The notes beneath the pieces are model-generated. The model had not been told where the DNA came from. It did not search any database and saw only the letters and a program-made list of their open reading frames with translations. Shown in pieces: positions 44,879 through 54,094 of a stretch of DNA of 64,000 bases (positions are counted from its first letter, which is position 1; the number at the start of each line of letters is the position of its first letter). The DNA is taken from positions 3,036 to 67,035 of the forward strand of contig CAMAVD010000003.1 of NCBI GenBank assembly GCA_945861575.1, read 5' to 3'. The position numbers were made by a program, and so were the translations under genes. The DNA is from Akkermansia muciniphila. GTDB taxonomy: Bacteria > Verrucomicrobiota > Verrucomicrobiia > Limisphaerales > UBA11320.

Positions 44879-46687
44879 ATGAAATGGCGCTCTACATTGT
44901 GCTTGGTGGCCTTGGCGATGGGGCTGTTTGTTTTTATCTGGGGCTACGAGCGGCATGCTCGGTCGACGGATGAGAATGACGGTTCCCAGGCGTTGCTGCC
45001 TTGGCTGCGAATACACCAGGTGGACAGCATCTTGGTCCAGCGTACGAATGCGCTGCTGCTCCAGGTCCAGCGGACGAACGACGGATGGCACTATGTGCTG
45101 CCCTTTTCCTATCCGGCCCAGGTGTCGGCCGTGGAAGCGTTCTTATCTCTGGCAGAGACGCTCAATCGTGATTTTCTGATTGCTGAGGAGGCGACTCGGA
45201 CCACGAATCGCTTTGGCTTGGACTCTCCCCAAGCGCAGGTCACCTGGGTGCAGGCTGGGCAGAGGGCCGAGCTTCGCATTGGTTCTAGGACGCTTGCCGG
45301 AGATCAAGTCTATGCCCAGTTGGTGGGTATGCCTGGGATCTACGCCCTCCCAGCGAAGCTTCTGGAGATGCTTCCCGCCTCCTTGCATGAGTGGCGGGAG
45401 AGCTCCATGATTCATTGGAAGGGACTGGCGTTCAATCGTCTGACCGTGAGCAATGCCTCGCGGGGTTTCACCCTTGGATTCAATCCAACGAACAACAGTT
45501 GCCTGCTTCTGAACCCTTTCCAGGCACGGGCCGATATGGCCCAGGTGAGTCGGCTTCTGGTGAACGTTGGATCGGCACAGGTTTCGCGTTTTCTAAGCGA
45601 CAACGGCCGGGTGGATTGGGAGGCATTCGGGCTTCAACCACCGGCCCTCGAGCTCAGCATCGGGGTGGACACCAACCAGATCCTGGCGGTGCAGTTTGGG
45701 TCCTCACCGACCAACGACCCTAGCATGGTCTATGCTCGTTTGACGGCACACAACGCCCTTGTGCTCATGCCTCATACAATTCTGGACTCGCTCCAGCTTT
45801 CCTATGTGGATCTGCGGGACACACGCCTGTTATCCTCCTTTCAACGGGAGTCGGTTGAAAGCATGGAGGTTCGGGGCTCTGAGAACTTCACAGTCCGCCG
45901 TCAGGCGGCTGGCGATTGGGTGATCACGCCTGGCTCGGTGCGTGCAGACCCCAGCTTGGTGAACGATGTGCTCGGGTGGTTGCAGCAGATGCCCATCATC
46001 GAATTCTCCAGGGATTTCGTCACCGATTTCGTTCCTTACGGTCTGACACCTCCTGCCTACTCCTGGGTTCTGCGTGGCGCTTCCACGAACGCTGCGGGTG
46101 TGGTAACAAATACCGTCCTGGCCCAGCTCGATCTCGGAGGAATGATGGATCAAAAGGTGTTCGCGCGACGGCCGGATGAGAGCTCGGTCTATGGTGTGCG
46201 GCTGGGTGATGCGGACAAGCTTCCTGATCAGGCTTGGAAGTTCAGGGACAGGCGAGTTTGGTCCTTCAAGACCAATGAAGTGAGCCTGTTGACGATCGAA
46301 CAGGATGGGCGAAAGATGCAGATCCGACGCAGCCCGGATGGACATTGGTCGGTCGCCGCAGGATCCGCAGGGATGATTAAAAATGAGCTTTCGGTCGAGG
46401 AGACTGTCTACCGTCTCAGTCAGCTTCGTGCAAGCGTCTGGACCGCCCGCGGTGAAACCAATCGGTCCCTGCTGGGATTCACAGACCAGAGCCACCGCCT
46501 GACCTTGGAGGTGACGAGCGAGGGGAAGCCCGCCAGCTACGCGCTGGAGCTGGGTGGAAAGGCTCCTTCGCTCTACAACTATGCGGCCACCAGGCTGGAA
46601 GGTGAGTGGTGGTTTTTCGAGTTTCCCTTCGATCTCTACTTCATGGTGATGAGGGATCTGAGCATCCCGAAACTTCCGCAACCATGA
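44879..46687 (+). CDS. DUF4340-like membrane-anchored protein
   Basis: N-terminal TM (LCLVALAMGLFVFIW), repetitive beta-rich body, and the usual position after gldG. The family call is from context and memory only. Confidence 0.6.
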   Translation: MKWRSTLCLVALAMGLFVFIWGYERHARSTDENDGSQALLPWLRIHQVDSILVQRTNALLLQVQRTNDGWHYVLPFSYPAQVSAVEAFLSLAETLNRDFLIAEEATRTTNRFGLDSPQAQVTWVQAGQRAELRIGSRTLAGDQVYAQLVGMPGIYALPAKLLEMLPASLHEWRESSMIHWKGLAFNRLTVSNASRGFTLGFNPTNNSCLLLNPFQARADMAQVSRLLVNVGSAQVSRFLSDNGRVDWEAFGLQPPALELSIGVDTNQILAVQFGSSPTNDPSMVYARLTAHNALVLMPHTILDSLQLSYVDLRDTRLLSSFQRESVESMEVRGSENFTVRRQAAGDWVITPGSVRADPSLVNDVLGWLQQMPIIEFSRDFVTDFVPYGLTPPAYSWVLRGASTNAAGVVTNTVLAQLDLGGMMDQKVFARRPDESSVYGVRLGDADKLPDQAWKFRDRRVWSFKTNEVSLLTIEQDGRKMQIRRSPDGHWSVAAGSAGMIKNELSVEETVYRLSQLRASVWTARGETNRSLLGFTDQSHRLTLEVTSEGKPASYALELGGKAPSLYNYAATRLEGEWWFFEFPFDLYFMVMRDLSIPKLPQP

Positions 46688-49600
46688 GCCGGCCTTTCGT
46701 CAGCCGATTTCGCGGAACGTTCCGCTTCTGCTGGCGTTCGGCTCGGACCTTGGGGGTTTGCCTTCTTCTGTGTGTGGTCACAGCGTTTGTCTACCTGCAC
46801 AATGTCGGACTCCCGGAGCTTCTCAAGGAGCGCTTGGTGCGCGGTTTACACGCGCAGGGCTGGGACATGGAATACAGCCGGTTGCGGTTTCGTTGGATGA
46901 AGGGCGTGGTGGGGGAGGGACTTTACTTTCGCCCGGCGAGCGGGGGAGCCGGGCCGGAGCTCTTTGTGGATCAGGTGGACTTCCGACTCAATCGAGAAGC
47001 GCTGCTTCGATTCCAGTTCATCCCGGAGTCTTTCAGGTTGAACCAGGGCCGTTGTGTCTGGGTTTTGAGAGCGGAGGGGGAGAAGCCGCAGTCCCTGGCG
47101 CTGGAAGGTGTCGACGGTTTGCTAAAGTATCGTGAGCCGGACACCTTTGAAATCTCTGGACTGAAGGGTCGGCTACACGGCGTTCAGATCGGTATTGAGG
47201 CTCATCTTACCAATGCTTCCAAACTACTCACTCTTCGCTGGCCTCGCCGTCAGGTGCGCGCCGAGCAGGGCGTGAACACGGAGCAGTTTCTGCACGGAAT
47301 GGCGGTTCAATGGGATCGCTGCCAGGTGGATCCTGGGACGGCCATTGCGCTCAAGCTGGCTGGCGATGTTATGCGGACCAACAGTTTCAACGCTGAGGTG
47401 ACGATGGCTTTGCCCTCGATTGATTCTCCCTGGCTGACAGGAACCAATGCTGTTTTCTGGGCGGGGGTGGCTCCTCCCGTCAGTTTGGAGGAGCCCTTTG
47501 TTTTGAGGTGGCGGCTGGACGCTGGCCTGAGTCGTACCCCCTGGGGCGAGGCGGAGCTGATTGAAGCGAGGGGGCGCATGGAACAGCGCATTGGTGAAAC
47601 GCTGGCATCAGCGGGCGAGATCGAGTTGGTCTCTCGGGAGGTTGTGACGCCGTGGGGTGAGGGTGCTTCGATTCAATTTTCGGGGGCATTTTCGGCGGTG
47701 TCGCGTGGATCGGATACCAGTCAGGCCCGTTTCGCCCTCGAAGGGGAATCCCTCAGCTCAAAGTCAGGATCTCTGCAGCACGGTCGCCTTGAGGCCAGTT
47801 TGAGGGTGTCCACCACCAATTGGAACCCGCTTTCGGGTGGGGTTCAGCTGAGCGGGGTTGGAATCACTGGCCTGGGAGGCAGTGTGAGCAATCTCCACTT
47901 CGGACTCTCGTTTACCAATCCGCCGGATCATCAGATCGCTCAAACCTCGGGCGCAAAAGGATTCGAGCGTCTTGTCGAGCGCCTTAAGCCGCTCCAGCTA
48001 GAAGCGACCCTTTCTGCGACTGGATTCTCGATGCCGAAGCTGGAGGTTGCGGACTGCAACCTCCTCCTAGACTGGAATGCTCCCGTCCTCCGAGTCTCGC
48101 CGCTGAAGATGACGATGAACGGGGGGGAGTTGGATGTTCGGGCGGGATTGGATACCCGCAGCGGACACCTCTCAGCCACGGTGACCAACACCACGGATGC
48201 GCATCGTTTCGCTCTGCTTCTCGGAACCAATGCGCAGCGATGGTTGGGACAGTATGGATGGAAGAAGCCGCCCTGGGTGCGTGCCGACGCTAGCTCGGTT
48301 CTTCCAGACTGGGCGGAAATGCGGCCGCTGCTTTCCTCCACGAATCTTACGTCACTCTCTTCTCTGCCGTGGGCTCGCACGATGATGCCCACTCTCAGGA
48401 TCGATGGAAGGGCCAAAGTCGGTTCCGGGGATTTTCGAGGTGTGGAGTTCGACTCAGCGACCTTGAGTTTTCAATGCTCCAACGACGTCTGGGTGGTTCC
48501 CGATATCGTGGCTCATCGAACGGAGGGAACCCTGGAGCTCTATCATGAATCCAACGAAACCACTCGGGACTACTTTTTCAAGCTGCGGAGCCGAATCAAC
48601 TTGGATGCCATCCGCCCGCTTCTGCCCGCCTCGGCCGCTGAGGGATTCAATTTGTTTACCTTCGCCGAACCACCCCTGATCGAAGGGGAGATTCGAGGTC
48701 GCTGGCGATTCCCCGAAGGTATCGTCGCCTCCGCCCGGGTGAGTGCGAATCGTTTCACGTTCCGAGGCGAGGATGTGGGGAGGTTCGAAGCAGGGTCGGT
48801 TGAGTTTGCCAACCGTCTTCTGAGAGCGCGCGATATCCTGTTCGTACGGCCTGAGGGGCGTGCAACACTGGGAGAGGTTTGGTTTCAGCTCGATGAGCAG
48901 AAATTGCGCCTGACCAATGTTGTCAGCGGCTTGGATGTGGCACCGGTCTGCCGTGCCATTGGGACCAATGTTTCGGAGATCATGAAGGACTACCGATTTG
49001 ACTCTCCCCCCTCAGTCCGGCTCGAAGGCGTGATCGATACGCTCAAGGCTCGGAAGGAGAACGACATCAAGTTCCAGGTCGATGCGAGCCCCTTCAGCTG
49101 GAAGCTTTTCAACATCTCCAGGATCCAAGCTCTGGTAGACTGGCGCCGGGACACACTGGATCTTAGGGAAGTCAGAACCGACTTCTATGGGGGACGGATG
49201 TTGGGTGATGCGCATTTCGACTTTCGCCCGGACCGTGGTTCTGATTTTCAATTTGGACTGCGCGCGGACAACGTTGATCTCGCCTTGTTGATGAAGGACC
49301 TTGGCAGCAAGACCAATCGAATCGAAGGCCGCGTGGCCTGCGAGCTGAATATCACGAATGCCAACACCCGGGATAAGTTCACTTGGAATGGGTATGGACG
49401 TGGCGAGATGACCAACGGTTTGTTATGGGACATCCCTTTCTTCGCTGTGATATCGCCTGCCCTCAACGCGATCGTTCCAGGGGTTGCGAATAGCCGAGCC
49501 CGCCAAGCTACCGGCACGTTCCTCATCACCAATGGGGTTATCTATACCGGCGATCTGGACATTCGGGCGAACGCCATGCGCATGAAAAGCGCCGGCACCG

Positions 49601-49896
49601 TCAACTTCGACAAGCAGCTAAACGCTCGCATGGAGGCAGAGCTCCTGCGGGATACGCCCGGCATCGGATTCTTGATCAGCAAGGTTTTCTGGCCGGTCAC
49701 CAAGCTTTTTGAGTTCAAGCTGACGGGCACCTTGGACAAGCCTAAGACCGATCAACGGTATATCGTTCCGCGTCTGCTCTTGTTTCCACTCCACCCCATC
49801 AGGACCCTGAAAGATTGGTTTGGGGGCGATGAGAAAAGTGATGCGAACGCCAAAGGTGACCGTGAGCCGGAGTCGACTCCACCGGCGAAGCCCTAA
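46684..49896 (+). CDS. large AsmA/TamB-like envelope protein (about 1070 aa)
   Basis: Start at MSRPFVSRFRG..., overlapping the upstream stop as ATGA. It has a single N-terminal TM, a long beta-rich repetitive body, and an AsmA-like C-terminal segment (...GDLDIRANAMRMKSAGTVNFDKQLNARMEAEL...FEFKLTGTLDKPK). Confidence 0.65.
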   Translation: MSRPFVSRFRGTFRFCWRSARTLGVCLLLCVVTAFVYLHNVGLPELLKERLVRGLHAQGWDMEYSRLRFRWMKGVVGEGLYFRPASGGAGPELFVDQVDFRLNREALLRFQFIPESFRLNQGRCVWVLRAEGEKPQSLALEGVDGLLKYREPDTFEISGLKGRLHGVQIGIEAHLTNASKLLTLRWPRRQVRAEQGVNTEQFLHGMAVQWDRCQVDPGTAIALKLAGDVMRTNSFNAEVTMALPSIDSPWLTGTNAVFWAGVAPPVSLEEPFVLRWRLDAGLSRTPWGEAELIEARGRMEQRIGETLASAGEIELVSREVVTPWGEGASIQFSGAFSAVSRGSDTSQARFALEGESLSSKSGSLQHGRLEASLRVSTTNWNPLSGGVQLSGVGITGLGGSVSNLHFGLSFTNPPDHQIAQTSGAKGFERLVERLKPLQLEATLSATGFSMPKLEVADCNLLLDWNAPVLRVSPLKMTMNGGELDVRAGLDTRSGHLSATVTNTTDAHRFALLLGTNAQRWLGQYGWKKPPWVRADASSVLPDWAEMRPLLSSTNLTSLSSLPWARTMMPTLRIDGRAKVGSGDFRGVEFDSATLSFQCSNDVWVVPDIVAHRTEGTLELYHESNETTRDYFFKLRSRINLDAIRPLLPASAAEGFNLFTFAEPPLIEGEIRGRWRFPEGIVASARVSANRFTFRGEDVGRFEAGSVEFANRLLRARDILFVRPEGRATLGEVWFQLDEQKLRLTNVVSGLDVAPVCRAIGTNVSEIMKDYRFDSPPSVRLEGVIDTLKARKENDIKFQVDASPFSWKLFNISRIQALVDWRRDTLDLREVRTDFYGGRMLGDAHFDFRPDRGSDFQFGLRADNVDLALLMKDLGSKTNRIEGRVACELNITNANTRDKFTWNGYGRGEMTNGLLWDIPFFAVISPALNAIVPGVANSRARQATGTFLITNGVIYTGDLDIRANAMRMKSAGTVNFDKQLNARMEAELLRDTPGIGFLISKVFWPVTKLFEFKLTGTLDKPKTDQRYIVPRLLLFPLHPIRTLKDWFGGDEKSDANAKGDREPESTPPAKP

Positions 49897-49944
49897 AAAG
49901 GGTTGGCTTGGCATTCGGGGCTTCGTTAGCGTGATCTGAATCCT

Positions 49945-51162
49945 ATGGCCACTATCGCAATCCTGGGCACGTTCGACACGAAGGGCGACGAGCATGCCTT
50001 CATCGCGGAGCGTGTGCGTCAGCGAGGGCACCGTGCGTTTTTGATCGATGTGGGGACTTTGGATGCACCCCGACTCCAACCCGATGTCTCGCGTGAGCGG
50101 GTGCTGGAGGCGGTCGGTGTGGATATTGACGAGCTGATGCGACGTCGCGATCGTGGGGAGTCGGTGGCCGCAATGGCCAAGGCAGCCCCGGTTTTCCTCA
50201 AGAGGCTGGTTGAGTCGGGTCAGATCGACGGGGTGATCTCACTGGGTGGGGGTGGGGGAACTGCGATTGCGACGGCTGCGATGAGGGCGCTTCCCATTGG
50301 CTTTCCAAAAGTCATGGTCAGCACGCTGGCCGGTGGGAATGTGGCTCCGTATGTCGGAACTAAGGACATCGTGATGTTCCCCAGCATCGTCGATGTTGCG
50401 GGGATCAATCGAATCTCGCGGGAGATTTTCTCGCGGGCTGCCGGTGCCATTGTGGGGATGGTGGAGACGGTTCCAGCGGTGGGTGTGGATCGTCCTGTGA
50501 TTGCGGCGAGTCAATTTGGCAACACGACCCGCTGCGTGGACCACGCCCGCCAACGTTTGGAGAAGGCTGGGTTTGAGGTCGTGGTTTTTCATGCCACCGG
50601 TGTGGGTGGACGCACCATGGAGTCGTTGATCGAGTCAGGCATGGTCTCCGGTGTTTTGGACATCACCACCACCGAGTGGGCTGATGAGTTGGTTGGGGGA
50701 ATCTTAGGTGCTGGTCCAACCCGTCTGGAGGCCGCAGCCCGCAGCGGAGTGCCTGCGATCATCACGCCTGGATGCCTCGATATGGTCAATTTTGGCGGGC
50801 CGGAATCCGTGCCCGCTGGTTTTAAGGGACGCCGCTTCTATGCCCACAATCCGCAGGTGACGCTGATGCGTACCACCCCTGAGGAATGCGATCGGCTCGG
50901 AAGGGTTATCGCAGAGAAGCTGAATCTTTCGCGAGGGCCGGTGTCGGTTCTCCTTCCCCTTCGCGCCATCAGCATCATCAGTGCTCCAGGCCAGCCTTTT
51001 CACGATCCCGAAGCCGACCGCGCTTTGTTCGCCTCCCTCAAGGCAGGGTTGCGGGCAGATATCCCGGTGCGCGAGTTGGACATGGAGATCAATGATCCAT
51101 GCTTTGCTGACGCCTGTGCCGATGAACTGCTCGCGATGCTTCGCCAACCGATAGCCGTTTAA
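49945..51162 (+). CDS. UPF0261 / Tm-1-like ATP-binding domain protein
   Basis: Starts MATIAILGTFDTKGDEH, has ...GGGGGT... and a length of about 405 aa, typical of the family. Confidence 0.8.
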   Translation: MATIAILGTFDTKGDEHAFIAERVRQRGHRAFLIDVGTLDAPRLQPDVSRERVLEAVGVDIDELMRRRDRGESVAAMAKAAPVFLKRLVESGQIDGVISLGGGGGTAIATAAMRALPIGFPKVMVSTLAGGNVAPYVGTKDIVMFPSIVDVAGINRISREIFSRAAGAIVGMVETVPAVGVDRPVIAASQFGNTTRCVDHARQRLEKAGFEVVVFHATGVGGRTMESLIESGMVSGVLDITTTEWADELVGGILGAGPTRLEAAARSGVPAIITPGCLDMVNFGGPESVPAGFKGRRFYAHNPQVTLMRTTPEECDRLGRVIAEKLNLSRGPVSVLLPLRAISIISAPGQPFHDPEADRALFASLKAGLRADIPVRELDMEINDPCFADACADELLAMLRQPIAV

Positions 51163-51197
51163 CGCTCTCCACGCAAACCTCCGATGAAACACACTCT

Positions 51198-52100
51198 ATG
51201 AAACCCACTGAACGCTCCTCCCGCTATGTCGCCCCTCTCCTAAAACTCCTGATTCTACTGCTTGCCTGTGAGGGTGTGCAGGCCGCAGCTCCGAAGAAGA
51301 TTCTCCTGATCGCCGGGCGCGTCAGCCATGGCAAAGGGGAGCACGAATTTCGCGCCGGCTGTTTGCTGCTCGATGCGTGTTTGAAGCAAGTGCCGGGTGT
51401 GGTTTCCCAAGTGGCGAGCAATGGATGGCCGGCGAGCGATCTGGAGTTCGAGGGTGTGGATGCCATTCTGATCTACGCGGATGGCGGCACGGGCCATCCA
51501 GCAATCCAGCCCGCCCGGCTCGCTCGATTACGTCAGCTGATGAGCAAGGGGGTGGGCTTAGGCTGCGCCCATTATGGGGTGGAAGTTCCCAAGGGCGAGC
51601 CGGGGGACGCCTTGCTGGAGTGGATCGGAGGCTACTTTGAGATGTTTTGGTCGGTGAATCCGCATTGGGTCGCTGACTTCAAGGAATTGCCGAAGCATCC
51701 CATCACCCGAGGTGTGAAGCCTTTCAGCATCAACGATGAATGGTACTATCACATGCGCTTTCCGGAAGGCATGAAGGGAGTGGTTCCGATCCTGAGCGCG
51801 CTGCCTCCCGCCGCGACCCTCGAGCGCCCTGACGGCCCCCACAGCGGCAACCCTGCCGTGCGGGCCTCCGTGGCGAAGGGGGAACCTCAGGTGGTCATGT
51901 GGGCCAAGGAGCGTCAGGATGGTGGTCGAGGCTTTGGATTTACGGGGGGCCATTTCCACAAGAACTGGCAGGATGAAAACTTCCGAAAAGTGGTGTTGAA
52001 CGGCCTGATCTGGATCGCCCAGGCCCGCGTGCCACGGAATGGTGTCGAGGTGCCGTTAACACCGGAGATGTTTAAGGTCAACCTCGACCCCAAGAAGTAA
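51198..52100 (+). CDS. secreted ThuA-domain protein
   Basis: Signal peptide, then KILLIAGRVSHGKGEHEF and ...DEWY.. motifs as in ThuA-like proteins. Confidence 0.8.
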   Translation: MKPTERSSRYVAPLLKLLILLLACEGVQAAAPKKILLIAGRVSHGKGEHEFRAGCLLLDACLKQVPGVVSQVASNGWPASDLEFEGVDAILIYADGGTGHPAIQPARLARLRQLMSKGVGLGCAHYGVEVPKGEPGDALLEWIGGYFEMFWSVNPHWVADFKELPKHPITRGVKPFSINDEWYYHMRFPEGMKGVVPILSALPPAATLERPDGPHSGNPAVRASVAKGEPQVVMWAKERQDGGRGFGFTGGHFHKNWQDENFRKVVLNGLIWIAQARVPRNGVEVPLTPEMFKVNLDPKK

Positions 52101-52112
52101 GAACCTCTTGGG

Positions 52113-53336
52113 TCAAGAGGCCTGTTGCTTGGTGCGCTGGAAGGCGGCGACTCCCGCCTTCTGCCAGGCCTCCAATCGCGCGGGAAGGCCGAGAGCCATC
52201 ACGTACTCGAGATCTAGATACTGCTTAAAGTGATCAGGTGTTCCTTCGCTGCAGGCGTGATCCAGGGCGTTGGCCACGTGAACTGCAGTCAGGATGTTGA
52301 AGTCGGATGAGGGAGCTTCCATGGGCTCATCGTGGAAACCTACGGCCTCCACGATGGTGTCCGGAATTCCCCAAAGCCCAAGGAGGTACGCCGCCACCAT
52401 GCCATGCGTGCACCCAAGGATCTCACGCTCCGCTTGATGCATCGGTGCCTGGTTTCGATGGGTCAGTGCGGTGCACTCGCGGCAGAGAGAAGAAAGATTC
52501 GAGACCAGCACCATTTTGCCGAGGTCGTGCAAGAGTCCGGCGAGAAAGGCCTCCTCGCAGACTCCCCTTGGCTGATCCTCTTCTTGCGCGATGCAGCGTG
52601 CGAGCACCGCTGTTCGCCAGCAGTGTTCCCAGATAGCGGTGGGCGAGTAGTCCTTCACCCGAACTCCTTCGAATCTTGCGAACACCGGGAGGGTGAGGAC
52701 CAGCGCCTTGATGATTTGCACGCCGATGAAGCTGATGGCCTCTCCGATGCCCTCGATGCGTCGACTCAACCCGAAAAAGCTGGAGTTCACCAATTGCAGA
52801 ATCTTGGCCGCGACGGCTGGGTCCTTGCTGATGATGGCTTCAAGGCGTTCGATGGTGAAATGGGGCGACTTAAGTTCTTCTGTCAGCTCTAGGTAGAGAC
52901 TTGGAATCGTGGGCAGCAGGCTGCATTGGGAGACGAGGCGTTTGAGGACTTCGTTGGAGAGCAGATCGCGCAGCGCTGTGACCTTTCGCAGGGTGCGACG
53001 CAGGAGGTCGAGATCCAAAGGCTTTGTGAAGCATTGGTGTGCCGGAAAGGCCAGGCGGATGACATCCTCACGATCCAACTCGCCCGAGACGATGAAGCGC
53101 ATGGCGCGAGGTTGGAGCTCTTGAACCTTTTCCAGGAAAGAGGATCCGTCGATTCCCACCAAACGATGGTCTGAAACCACTGCATCGAATGAGACATGGG
53201 CCAGTTGATCGAGGGCTTCCTCCGCACTCGTGGTGAGAACGGTGCTCCAGCTTGGCTCCACCACGCGGAGCGACCCCTGGATCCCTTGGAGAAACTCGGC
53301 GTCATCGTCCACGAACAGAATGTGCTTCTTCGTCAT
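52113..53336 (-). CDS. response regulator receiver + HDOD domain protein
   Basis: Start at MTKKHILFVDDD (alternative at 53354). It has a receiver Asp (VVSDHRL) and an HDOD region (...ISKDPAVAAKILQLVNSSFFG...). The track ORF extends spuriously to 53828. Confidence 0.85.
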   Translation of the reverse strand: MTKKHILFVDDDAEFLQGIQGSLRVVEPSWSTVLTTSAEEALDQLAHVSFDAVVSDHRLVGIDGSSFLEKVQELQPRAMRFIVSGELDREDVIRLAFPAHQCFTKPLDLDLLRRTLRKVTALRDLLSNEVLKRLVSQCSLLPTIPSLYLELTEELKSPHFTIERLEAIISKDPAVAAKILQLVNSSFFGLSRRIEGIGEAISFIGVQIIKALVLTLPVFARFEGVRVKDYSPTAIWEHCWRTAVLARCIAQEEDQPRGVCEEAFLAGLLHDLGKMVLVSNLSSLCRECTALTHRNQAPMHQAEREILGCTHGMVAAYLLGLWGIPDTIVEAVGFHDEPMEAPSSDFNILTAVHVANALDHACSEGTPDHFKQYLDLEYVMALGLPARLEAWQKAGVAAFQRTKQQAS

Positions 53337-53365
53337 AGGCAAGGCTTTCGGCATGACCTTAAGGG

Positions 53366-54079
53366 ATGTATCGTCCGCTAAGCCGGAGGCTTGAGCGCTC
53401 TCGGAATCCTGAACACAGGCATTGCTTGGGAAACCTGGGTGTCGATATCCTTCGCGACGTGGAACCCCTTGAGCAGATTCAGTCTCGCATAGAGAGCAGC
53501 CTCCCTGGTGTCGTTCTGAGGCGCGTCCCGAATGACTCCCCTTCCGCACAGGTTTCCCTCCTGGTCGAACCCAGGCATTTGGTGGAGGTCTGCCGCTTTG
53601 TTCGTGATACCACTGGTTTGGAATTGGACTACGCCTCGAATGTGACGGGGGTGGACTGGCCTGAGAAGGTTGACAAAGTGAAGGTGAAAGTGAAGAGGGT
53701 GGTGGAGGGAGTTGAAAAGGAAGTTGAGGAGCTGGTCGAGACCCGTAGTGGGGGCTATTTGGAGGTGGTTTACCATCTGTTCTCCATGAAGCTAAAGCAC
53801 GGTCCGTTGATCCTTCGTGCCCGAACACGGAATCGGACGGATGAGGTGACTCTGCCGTCCGTGACGGGGGTCTGGAAGGGGTGCGAGTTTCAAGAGCGTG
53901 AGATCTTTGATCTTTACGGGGTAGTATTTGAGGGGCATCCGGATCTCCGCCGGATCCTCATGTGGGACGGCTTTAAGGATCATCCCATGCGGAGGGATTA
54001 TCAGGAACCTGCCGATTACGAATACGAGCCCACGGCGCATGACGAGGTGGCCGTCAAGGCTGCCCGGCAGCCTCAATGA
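53366..54079 (+). CDS. nuoC: NADH-quinone oxidoreductase subunit C (stand-alone copy)
   Basis: Contains ...VVYHLFS...LPSVTGVWKGCEFQEREIFDLYGVVFEGHPDLRRILMWDGF.DHPMRRDY. The start is uncertain: ATG at 53366, TTG at 53426 or GTG at 53459. Confidence 0.8.
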   Translation: MYRPLSRRLERSRNPEHRHCLGNLGVDILRDVEPLEQIQSRIESSLPGVVLRRVPNDSPSAQVSLLVEPRHLVEVCRFVRDTTGLELDYASNVTGVDWPEKVDKVKVKVKRVVEGVEKEVEELVETRSGGYLEVVYHLFSMKLKHGPLILRARTRNRTDEVTLPSVTGVWKGCEFQEREIFDLYGVVFEGHPDLRRILMWDGFKDHPMRRDYQEPADYEYEPTAHDEVAVKAARQPQ

Positions 54080-54094
54080 GCTCCCCCGCTGGAG

